Sequence record: DRR723986_1779
DNA length: 47,252 nucleotides
Direction: 5' to 3' (one strand)
The stretch's first letter is position 1. Every line of letters starts with the position of its first letter. The notes beneath the pieces were generated by a model, which worked only from the letters and a program-made list of their open reading frames with translations, had not been told where the DNA came from and did no database searches. Shown here in pieces: positions 9,823 through 17,811 of the stretch. The position numbers and the translations under genes were made by a program.

Positions 9823-9984
9823 TCGTTTGAGAAATAATCACGGGTTGAACTGACAGGCTGGTGTGGGCCATAGTCTCAAAGAAACATTGAAAAGAGATCC
9901 GCTGAGACTTCTTCTGCTTGGGCAGAATATGCCGCCGCGGCACTGGAGTGCCTGTCCGTTGCGGAGAGGCCCGGGAAACAGAAT

Positions 9985-11082
9985 ATGATGTTAAGAATGA
10001 TGGTCGCATTCATCTGTATGGTGACATACGCCTCTGGTGGGAGTGCGCAAAGTGGTGGGCAGTGGGAGCAGAGCGGCGGCTGGACGGTCCGTTACAATGA
10101 TGCGCCTGAGTTCTGGCGGCTATACCATTCCCGCGACACTGACTTGAAACATACGATCGTTCTGGTCTGGGCAGACAGACGCAGCGATGTGTCCATGGCA
10201 CAGGCATTTGAGGAGACAAAAGTCAGGCGCGGTGACATCGATAATTGCCCGGCATTGGTCACAGCAGACACCAGGCCCGAATATGATCCTTATGAGCGTG
10301 CCATGCTCGCCGTCACCAAAATCAAGGATCCTGACGCCTATGCGAGCATGAGCAAGGATATACCCGTCATCGGCTATGAGGCGGCGGATGACGAACTGAA
10401 CCCGCAATGCACCCTGATCGCGCGCGATTTCGTTGATGGCGCCATGTTGTATGCATTTGTCTCAGACGAAACCGGTGCACTCTCAACAAAGTTGACCAAG
10501 GTTCGCGGCGCTGTCCATATGCTGATGGATGACATCAACGAAAAGGCAGCGCCTGCTGCCACCTCGCCGCCAGCGGTTCAGTCATCCACGCAGGTGGAAG
10601 ACTCCATGGCATGTGAAGGTGCGCGAAAGTACGGCGACTGGGGCTACGACTGGTCCACCAAATCCGCCGGTGTTTATGTGCTGAAACCGCAGTTTTTGGA
10701 TGCCGTCAAAATGCAGGGGAAAAAGGCGCAGTTGAGTGTGAACCTCGGCGGCCAGGTCGATGCGATGAAGGGCCGGGAAGATCCGTATCTGAATATTACG
10801 ATTGCTGCTGAGGAGAACGGGCAGGGGATTATTCCTCAGAAAACCTCCCTGATCGTCGATGGCGAAACGGTGCAGCAATGGGGCAAGGGCGGCGGCCAGT
10901 GGACGGTTCTGTCAGACGGCGCCATTCAATCGCTGCTTTCCGGGACCAGTGCGGAGTTGAGCACGGTGGAACTGGGGCGGATCCGGTTTGAGCTTGATGG
11001 GCTGGAACACGTTCTCAGACTCGCGGATATTGCCCAGCATAAAGCCGTCATCAAAACCCGGCTTGGCGAGTGTAATCTGTGA
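9985..11082 (+). CDS. Hypothetical secreted protein
   Basis: 365-aa ORF with signal-peptide-like N-terminus and an Ala/Pro/Ser linker between two regions; no family recognised. Confidence 0.75.
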   Translation: MMLRMMVAFICMVTYASGGSAQSGGQWEQSGGWTVRYNDAPEFWRLYHSRDTDLKHTIVLVWADRRSDVSMAQAFEETKVRRGDIDNCPALVTADTRPEYDPYERAMLAVTKIKDPDAYASMSKDIPVIGYEAADDELNPQCTLIARDFVDGAMLYAFVSDETGALSTKLTKVRGAVHMLMDDINEKAAPAATSPPAVQSSTQVEDSMACEGARKYGDWGYDWSTKSAGVYVLKPQFLDAVKMQGKKAQLSVNLGGQVDAMKGREDPYLNITIAAEENGQGIIPQKTSLIVDGETVQQWGKGGGQWTVLSDGAIQSLLSGTSAELSTVELGRIRFELDGLEHVLRLADIAQHKAVIKTRLGECNL

Positions 11083-11107
11083 AGCCGGGCAGCCTGGATC
11101 CCGCCGC

Positions 11108-12121
11108 CTAGTAAGCGCGGCTGACGCAGAAGTCGGCGAGGTCGATCAGGGCGTCGCGATAGGGCGAGTCCGGCAGCTGGCGCAGGGCGCCCTTGGCCAT
11201 GCCGGCATAGGCTTCGGCCTCCTGAACGGTCGCCTCGGCGGCGCCGGTGGCGCGGATCAGGTGCACAGCGTGGGCAAGGTCTGCGTCTTCCTGCGTGTCC
11301 GGGTTCATGGCCCGGTCCCAGAAGGCGCGGTCTTCGTCAGAGCCCCGGCGCTTGGCGATGATCACCGGCAGGGTGATCTTGCACTCACGGAAATCGTCAC
11401 CGACCGACTTGCCGATCACAGAGGTCGTGCCGCCATAGTCCAGCACATCGTCGATGATCTGGAAGGCGAGGCCGAGATTCTTGCCATAGGTCGCAAAGGC
11501 ATGGGCGAACTTGTCGCCGCCGGCAGACATGGCGCCGGATTCGGCAGCGGCTTCGAACAGGGCGCCGGTCTTTGCCTCGACAATGGCGAGGTATTCCTCG
11601 GTCGGCAGGTCGCGGGCATTCATGGCGGCCAGCTGGCGCACTTCGCCTTCGGCAATCGTGGTGGAGGCCGTGGCCAGCTTGTCGAGGATTTCCAGGCTGC
11701 GCGTCTCGACCAGCAGGTTGAAGGCGCGGGCGAACAGGAAGTCTCCCACCAGGATCGAGGCCGAGTTACCCCAGATCGCCTTGGCGGCGGGCTTGCCGCG
11801 GCGCAGGTCGCTCTCGTCCACGACATCATCGTGCAGCAGCGTGGCGGTGTGGATGAACTCGACCGCGGCGGCGAGCACGTGGGTGGCATTGTTCGGCTTG
11901 CCCACGGCATGGGCGGCCATCAGCGTCAGCATCGGGCGCAGGCGCTTGCCGCCGGCCGAAACGATGTAACCCGAAAGATCCGGAATAACGGCAACAGGGC
12001 TGGCTGCGCGGTCAGCGAGGATTTTCTCGACTTCAGCAAGATCGTCAGCCACCAGCGCCTGCATACGGTCCACCACCGAGCCGGAGGCAGCCTTGCCTTT
12101 CGGTTTGGGGGACAGGGTCAA
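11108..12121 (-). CDS. ispB: Long-chain polyprenyl diphosphate synthase
   Basis: GGKRLRP, LLHDDVVD, FQIIDDVLD motifs. TTG start at 12121 chosen for GGAG 8 nt upstream. Confidence 0.93.
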   Translation of the reverse strand: MTLSPKPKGKAASGSVVDRMQALVADDLAEVEKILADRAASPVAVIPDLSGYIVSAGGKRLRPMLTLMAAHAVGKPNNATHVLAAAVEFIHTATLLHDDVVDESDLRRGKPAAKAIWGNSASILVGDFLFARAFNLLVETRSLEILDKLATASTTIAEGEVRQLAAMNARDLPTEEYLAIVEAKTGALFEAAAESGAMSAGGDKFAHAFATYGKNLGLAFQIIDDVLDYGGTTSVIGKSVGDDFRECKITLPVIIAKRRGSDEDRAFWDRAMNPDTQEDADLAHAVHLIRATGAAEATVQEAEAYAGMAKGALRQLPDSPYRDALIDLADFCVSRAY

Positions 12122-12277
12122 GCGGAGCACTCCGAATAGTCGCAGACAAGTGCAATTAGGCTTAAGCGAGCGGAGAGGCAAGAACGACGTGGCACCGGGC
12201 CGCAGCAGGACCTGCACAATTTGCCGTGATCACGGAAACGCTGGCCGACTGGCCGGGTTGCAGGTTAGATTGGTGAC

Positions 12278-12772
12278 ATGAAGCGCCTTCTGATGTGTTC
12301 CGCGTTCGTGTTGGTGGCAGCCTGCGCCAGCACGTCCGCCTACGGGCCCGCCGCCAAATCCGGCGCCATGGGCTATGAAACCCTGCAGATCGAGAATGAC
12401 CGGTTCCAGGTCTCCTACACCGATACGGATGCGGCCCGGGCTCGCGACCGGGCCTTGCTGCGCGCGGCGGGAGTCACGCTGGAGCAGGGCAAGGAGTGGT
12501 TTGAAGTGACCAGTTCCTACTCGTCTGACGAATCGACACGGGACAGCGGCAGCCGGACGTCCGTCAGCATTGGCGGATCGACCGGTTCCTATGGCCGCTC
12601 CAGCGTCGGCGTGGGCGTCGGGATCGGCTTTCCGATCGGCAGCTCCAGCAGCAGCGGCAAGGTGACCGAAGTTCTGGAAATCAAGGTCGGCTCCGGCGGA
12701 AAACCGGACCGCCCTAACGTCTATGACGCCCGGTCTGTCGACATCAACCTGCGGGGCGCGGCGACTTCCTGA
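12278..12772 (+). CDS. Lipoprotein, CC0125/CC1285-like
   Basis: Lipobox VAAC; GY..QIENDRFQVSY, ALLRAA..TL..G..WF, NVYDA pattern; Gly/Ser-rich segment. Confidence 0.75.
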   Translation: MKRLLMCSAFVLVAACASTSAYGPAAKSGAMGYETLQIENDRFQVSYTDTDAARARDRALLRAAGVTLEQGKEWFEVTSSYSSDESTRDSGSRTSVSIGGSTGSYGRSSVGVGVGIGFPIGSSSSSGKVTEVLEIKVGSGGKPDRPNVYDARSVDINLRGAATS

Positions 12773-12978
12773 TGGAAGAGGTTTTCAGGACCAATGACCT
12801 GATCAAGCTGAGCTATGTGGAGCATCTGCTTCAGGAAGCGGGCATCGATTATTTCGTGGCCGACAAGCATATCTCTGCCGTTGAGGGCAATATCGGGGCC
12901 TTTCCGCGCCGGGTGATGGTGCAGGAAGCGGTGAAAGAGCATGCGCTGGCGGCGCTGGCCGGGGTCGAGAAGGGATGA
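12772..12978 (+). CDS. DUF2007 small protein
   Basis: RTNDLIKLSYVEHLLQEAGI...D.HISAVEGNIGAFPRRVMV; usual position beside ispB and the methyltransferase. Confidence 0.85.
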   Translation: MEEVFRTNDLIKLSYVEHLLQEAGIDYFVADKHISAVEGNIGAFPRRVMVQEAVKEHALAALAGVEKG

Positions 12979-13697
12979 CGACCGAGGACACGGTCTATCA
13001 GGGCCGGGTACATCTGGTTCAGCCGGAGCAGGGCTTCCGGGCGGGCACGGATTCGCTGCTGCTGGCGGCGGCGCTGTCCTGCCGGCCGGGTGGGGAGGCG
13101 CTGGAAGTCGGCTGCGGCTGCGGCGGGGCGCTGCTGCCTGCGGCGTATCGCATGGACGACGTTCGCCTGACCGGGCTGGACCTCGACATGACTATGGCGG
13201 ACTTGGCCCGGACTGGCGCGGACCGTAACGGATTTGCCGGACGGGTCACGGTGGAGACGGGCGAAGCCTCCGACTGGGTGCGCGGGCACGAAAACCGGTT
13301 CGACCTCGTTTTCGCCAATCCGCCCTATTTTGAGCCGGGGCGAATCTCCGCGCCGGGCGAGGGCAAGGCGGACGCCTATATCGAGACGCTCGACCTTACC
13401 GGCTGGATCAAGGCAATGGCTTTCGCTGCCAAGCCCCGCGCGCCGCTGGTGATGATCCACCGCGCGGCGGAGCTCGCCCGCATCCTTGCGACCTTCGACC
13501 GGCAGACCGGGGAGATCACCGTCCTGCCGATTGCGTCCAAGCCGGGCGAGGAGGCGCGCCGGGTGCTGGTGCGCGGCCGCAAGGGGCTGAAGCGCGGGCC
13601 GGTGCGCCTGCTGGCGCCACTGGTGACTCATCAGCCGGACGGGTCGGCCAGCCCGGCGCTGGAGGCCATCCGCCGGGGTGAACCCATCGCCTGGTAG
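12975..13697 (+). CDS. tRNA1(Val) A37 N6-methyltransferase family protein
   Basis: QPEQGFRAGTDSLLL, LEVGCGCG SAM motif, FANPPYF. Confidence 0.88.
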   Translation: MTTEDTVYQGRVHLVQPEQGFRAGTDSLLLAAALSCRPGGEALEVGCGCGGALLPAAYRMDDVRLTGLDLDMTMADLARTGADRNGFAGRVTVETGEASDWVRGHENRFDLVFANPPYFEPGRISAPGEGKADAYIETLDLTGWIKAMAFAAKPRAPLVMIHRAAELARILATFDRQTGEITVLPIASKPGEEARRVLVRGRKGLKRGPVRLLAPLVTHQPDGSASPALEAIRRGEPIAW

Positions 13698-13769
13698 GGC
13701 CTCGTTACGACTTGTGCTAACGTCACCGGACCCCATCTCAGTTCGAAGGGGGCAGGAAGGAGCCCTGAA

Positions 13770-13877
13770 GTGTTTGGCGTCTTGTTCTGGAGTTTCCTGA
13801 TCATTGGCCTGATCGTCGCCGCGCTCGGCTTCGGCAGCATGTACCGTCGCCGGGACGATCGCGACGGGCCCAACTGA
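13770..13877 (+). CDS. Small single-pass membrane protein, 35 aa
   Basis: AAGGAG then 7 nt then GTG. MFGVLFWSFLIIGLIVAALGFGSMYRRRDDRDGPN*. Below the ORF-track cutoff. Confidence 0.75.
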   Translation: MFGVLFWSFLIIGLIVAALGFGSMYRRRDDRDGPN

Positions 13878-13888
13878 GGAGACACGAA

Positions 13889-14026
13889 TTGTTTGCTGCG
13901 CTTTTCTGGATGTTCCTGCTGACCGGTATCTTCGTCGCCATGATGGGCCATTCCGGCTTCTACCGCCTCGTCACCGGCCGCGACGGTGGAAACATGGACC
14001 ATCCGGACTCGCGGGGCAGTTTCTGA
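13889..14026 (+). CDS. Small single-pass membrane protein, 45 aa, paralog of the previous ORF
   Basis: GAGGAG then 7 nt then TTG. MFAALFWMFLLTGIFVAMMGHSGFYRLVTGRDGGNMDHPDSRGSF*. Confidence 0.72.
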   Translation: MFAALFWMFLLTGIFVAMMGHSGFYRLVTGRDGGNMDHPDSRGSF

Positions 14027-14098
14027 ACGCACGCCCGCGCTTGCACCGCGGCGCCGGCAAGGCTAGTCCGGCAGGGAATTTTCCAATGGAACAGAGCC

Positions 14099-15001
14099 AT
14101 GTCCGCACTCAAGGCTGAAGCCAAGCCGAAATCCTTTCAGGACCTGATCCTGACGCTCCAGTCTTACTGGGCGGAGCAGGGCTGTGCTGTCCTGCAGCCA
14201 TATGACATGGAAGTCGGCGCCGGAACGCTGCACCCGGCCACCGTGCTGCGCGCGCTCGGTCCGAAGAACTGGCGGGCCGCTTATGTCCAGCCATCTCGCC
14301 GCCCGAAGGATGCGCGTTACGGCGAGAACCCGAACCGGCTTGGCCACTACTACCAGTTTCAGGTCATCCTGAAGCCAAACCCGGACAATCTTCAGGACCT
14401 CTACCTTGAGAGCCTCTACAAGATTGGGATCGATCCGACGGTGCACGATATCCGCTTCGTCGAGGACGATTGGGAAAACCCCACCGTCGGTGCCTGGGGC
14501 CTTGGCTGGGAAGTCTGGTGCGACGGGATGGAAGTCAGCCAGTACACTTACTTCCAACAAGTTGGCGGCCTCGATGTGCGCCCGGTCTCGGGTGAGCTGA
14601 CCTATGGCCTCGAACGCCTCGCCATGTATGTGTTTGGCGTCGATAATGTTTACGACCTGCCGTACAATGATCCGGACTCTGACGTTCCTTTGACCTATGG
14701 CGATGTGTTCCTCGAAAACGAGAAGCAGCAGTCGGCTTTCAATTTCGAATTCTCCGATGTGGAGATGTTGAAGCGATGGTTTGCCGATTGCGAGAACCAG
14801 TCGAACGCCCTGCGCGCGGCCGGCAAACCGCTTCCGGCCTATGACTATGCGCTGAAGGCATCGCACACATTCAACCTGATCGACGCCCGCGGCGCGATCA
14901 GCCCGACCGAGCGGCAGGCCTATATTGGCCGCGTCCGCGACCTCGCCCGCGGTGCCGCCGAACAATGGGCGGAGCAGGAAGACGCGCGGGCCGGGGGATG
15001 A
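14099..15001 (+). CDS. glyQ: Glycine--tRNA ligase alpha subunit
   Basis: [42 protein letters not shown]. Confidence 0.98.
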   Translation: MSALKAEAKPKSFQDLILTLQSYWAEQGCAVLQPYDMEVGAGTLHPATVLRALGPKNWRAAYVQPSRRPKDARYGENPNRLGHYYQFQVILKPNPDNLQDLYLESLYKIGIDPTVHDIRFVEDDWENPTVGAWGLGWEVWCDGMEVSQYTYFQQVGGLDVRPVSGELTYGLERLAMYVFGVDNVYDLPYNDPDSDVPLTYGDVFLENEKQQSAFNFEFSDVEMLKRWFADCENQSNALRAAGKPLPAYDYALKASHTFNLIDARGAISPTERQAYIGRVRDLARGAAEQWAEQEDARAGG

Positions 15002-15483
15002 AGGCACCGGCCCTCTTCGCGGCACTGGCCCTGATCGCTGCCTGCGGCGGGGAACGTGTTGCCGAGGATGGCCCGCCGCCGCTCTACAAATACAATGCGA
15101 TGAAGGAGGCGGTTACGGACGCCCGCAACACGCTGCCTGTGTTCTGGGAAGCGCTCGAGTCCGGCAATGCCGCCTATTCGGATTTCGCGCTGAACGTCGC
15201 CACAAAGTCCGACCGGTACACGGAAGAACATGTCTGGCTGGTCGACATCCGGCATGTGGAAGGCGAGCATTATGCCGGCGCCGTTCCGGAGGATCATGAG
15301 ATCCGGGATGGCCTGGCTCCCGGTGACAGGATCGCGTTCCTACCTGAACAGATTTCAGACTGGCGGTTCCGGGAAGACGGGAAATTCCGCGGGGCCTACA
15401 CGACCCGGGCGATGATGAATTTGGCGCCGGACGCCAAAATCGATAACATCCGGGCCATGTTCCACGACTCGCCGGTGCCTTGA
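14998..15483 (+). CDS. DUF2314/YegJ-like lipoprotein
   Basis: Lipobox [35 protein letters not shown] overlaps the glyQ stop. Confidence 0.82.
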   Translation: MKAPALFAALALIAACGGERVAEDGPPPLYKYNAMKEAVTDARNTLPVFWEALESGNAAYSDFALNVATKSDRYTEEHVWLVDIRHVEGEHYAGAVPEDHEIRDGLAPGDRIAFLPEQISDWRFREDGKFRGAYTTRAMMNLAPDAKIDNIRAMFHDSPVP

Positions 15484-15516
15484 GCCCCTGCGGGGTCGCA
15501 ATGGCGGAGGCTGAAC

Positions 15517-15759
15517 ATGTCCGGAGACGCTGAAATCGGCGGGCGCGAGCCCATCGCGATCGAGGTCGAAGAAGGCAAGATGTACTGGTGGTGCGCGTGC
15601 GGGCGGTCGAAGAACCAGCCTTTCTGCGACGGCAGCCACAAGGGCAGCGAATTCGTGCCACAGGGGTGGGAAGCGCCAAAAACCGGAAAGGTCTTCTTCT
15701 GTGCCTGCAAACGGACCGGCAAGAGCCCCCTTTGCGACGGCAGCCATAACAAGCTTTGA
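15517..15759 (+). CDS. CDGSH [2Fe-2S] protein with two CDGSH motifs
   Basis: WCACGRSKNQPFCDGSH and FCACKRTGKSPLCDGSH. Confidence 0.93.
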   Translation: MSGDAEIGGREPIAIEVEEGKMYWWCACGRSKNQPFCDGSHKGSEFVPQGWEAPKTGKVFFCACKRTGKSPLCDGSHNKL

Positions 15760-15811
15760 CTTGGTCTGGTCCGGGCATCGGGGTAACCTCTTTTTCGTGG
15801 GAGGAATTCAG

Positions 15812-17707
15812 ATGTTCCGGACGATCTGCCTGCTGTTGATCCCGGCCTGCCTGTCTGTGGTGGCTGCTGCGGAAACCAATCGCGCCTTTATCGTCGGGGT
15901 GGGCGAATATGCCGAGCTGACAGACCTGCAGAAGACGGTTGGCGATGCGAACGGCTATGCTGGCGTTTTTGCCGAAGACCTGAATTTCGAAGTCACCCCC
16001 CTGATCAACCCGGACACGGACACTTTCCTGGAACAGTTCGACGCGTTCCTGCAGACGATCGAGCCGGGTGATCGGGTGGCTTTCATCTTCTCAGGCCATG
16101 GCTGGTCGGATGGCGGGCAGAATTATCTCGCCCTGTCGGATGCGCCATATCACAGCTCCCTGCTGGGTTTGCGGAAGCGGACAATCTCGCTGAGCGAAGA
16201 AATCCTGGACGAAATCCGCGCCCGGCAGCCGGAAATGGTGTTAGCGGTGGTCGATGCCTGCCGGGACAATCCCTTCGACACCGGCACGCGCAGCATGACC
16301 AAGGGCATGGCCCGCACAGGGATCACGAGCGATACGCTGGTTGTGTATGCCGCCGGGGCAAATCAGATGGCGCTTGACCGGCTGGGTCCGGAAGATGAGG
16401 CGCCGTATTCCGTCTTTACCCGCAGCCTGTTGCCAAAACTGCGCGATCCGAATTTCCCGCTGTCGTTCGCCGTGGGAGAAGCCAGCGAGGAAGTCGCCGA
16501 ACTCGCCGCCAGTGTCGAGCACTCCCAGAAGCCCGCCGTTTATTCCGATGTTGATCCCCGCTTCTGCTTCTCCGGTCAGTGCCAGTTCGGGGAGATGGAC
16601 CAGGAAGAGAAGGACTGGATCTACATTTCCAGCGCCGGCTATGTGCAGATGGATGTCTGTTCCAAATACAGCGAGCACCTCGAGAAATACCCGGACGGCA
16701 AGTTTGCCGCCGTGGCGAAGCGCTACCTGTCCAATCCGCCCTGTGCTGTGGAGCGTCTGAAGCTAAAATCGGCGTCCTGGTATGCCGATCTCCAGGGCCA
16801 CACTGACGAGATCTATGGACTCGACTACAGCCCCAGCGGCCGGTTCCTGGCCAGTGCCTCAGCCGACAACACGGCGCGGATCTGGGTTGTGGGTATGTCG
16901 CCGTCCGAATTCGGGGAGCTGACCGTTCTGGAAGGCCATACCGAACCCCTCCTGTCGGTGCAGTTCAGCCCGGATGAGGAATACGTGGTCACGGCCTCTC
17001 AGGATGATACGGCCCGCATCTGGCGCGCGGTCGGCGGCCCGCCGGTGCAGGTGCTGACCGGTCATACGGGCGACGTGTCTTTCGCGGATTTCAGCCCGGA
17101 TGGCGCACGCGTGGTCACGGCCTCCTATGATGGCACCGTGCGGGTGTGGGAGGTGGCGACGGGGGAGGAAGCCTTCCGGATCGACACGCATTCTTCGGCC
17201 GTACGCTCCGTTCACTACAGCCCGCTGGGCAACCGCCTGCTCACCGCCTCGAACGACGGAACGGTGCGCCTCTTCAATTCCAGCAACGGATCGCTGGTGC
17301 GCACGATTGAGTCCGGCCCGGTGCCGGCGACCTATGCGGAATCCGATGGCACGGCGGATCGGGTGCTGGTTGCCTCCGCCGATGGGTCGGCGCGCATCTG
17401 GAGCGATACGGGCGAGCCGATTGAACTCGAAGGTCATGACGGCCCCTTGTGGAATGCCGCGTTCAGCCCGGATGGCGAAATGGTGGTCACCAGCGCGGAT
17501 GACCTGTCGGCCCGGCTGTGGGACGCGCGGAATGGCGCCATGCTGGCCAAACTCCAGGACCTTGGCGCCTTCGGGGCGAACTGGGCTGGGTTCTCGCCGG
17601 ACGGCAAAATGGTCGCCGCGGCGATGAAAGGCGCGCACCTCCAATTGTGGCAACTGACCTTCGAGACGGAGTTCGCGCCGGAGGAAACCGGCGAGCCTGC
17701 GCCCTAG
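15812..17707 (+). CDS. Caspase-like (peptidase C14) protease fused to seven WD40 repeats, with signal peptide
   Basis: FSGHG and DACRDNPF catalytic dyad; YPDGKFA linker; about seven GH...FSPDG...TAS.D.T.R.W repeats; GGAGG RBS. Confidence 0.9.
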   Translation: MFRTICLLLIPACLSVVAAAETNRAFIVGVGEYAELTDLQKTVGDANGYAGVFAEDLNFEVTPLINPDTDTFLEQFDAFLQTIEPGDRVAFIFSGHGWSDGGQNYLALSDAPYHSSLLGLRKRTISLSEEILDEIRARQPEMVLAVVDACRDNPFDTGTRSMTKGMARTGITSDTLVVYAAGANQMALDRLGPEDEAPYSVFTRSLLPKLRDPNFPLSFAVGEASEEVAELAASVEHSQKPAVYSDVDPRFCFSGQCQFGEMDQEEKDWIYISSAGYVQMDVCSKYSEHLEKYPDGKFAAVAKRYLSNPPCAVERLKLKSASWYADLQGHTDEIYGLDYSPSGRFLASASADNTARIWVVGMSPSEFGELTVLEGHTEPLLSVQFSPDEEYVVTASQDDTARIWRAVGGPPVQVLTGHTGDVSFADFSPDGARVVTASYDGTVRVWEVATGEEAFRIDTHSSAVRSVHYSPLGNRLLTASNDGTVRLFNSSNGSLVRTIESGPVPATYAESDGTADRVLVASADGSARIWSDTGEPIELEGHDGPLWNAAFSPDGEMVVTSADDLSARLWDARNGAMLAKLQDLGAFGANWAGFSPDGKMVAAAMKGAHLQLWQLTFETEFAPEETGEPAP

Positions 17708-17746
17708 AAACCTCTCCTTATCCGGGTCCAACTACAGACCTGCCGC

Positions 17747-17774
17747 TTGACCCGTGTGCGGGCGCCTGTAAGCC
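17747..17774 (+). promoter_or_regulatory. Candidate sigma70 promoter for glyS
   Basis: TTGACC-N16-TAAGCC, about 40 bp upstream of the ATG. Confidence 0.4.
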
Positions 17775-17811
17775 GTGGCGATCTTATCTTTCCTGAACAC
17801 TGCAGGGCATT

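Noticed and set aside
16790-17650. Repetitive DNA in the caspase gene as a CRISPR or other array
   Set aside because: Explained by degenerate in-frame WD40 repeats.
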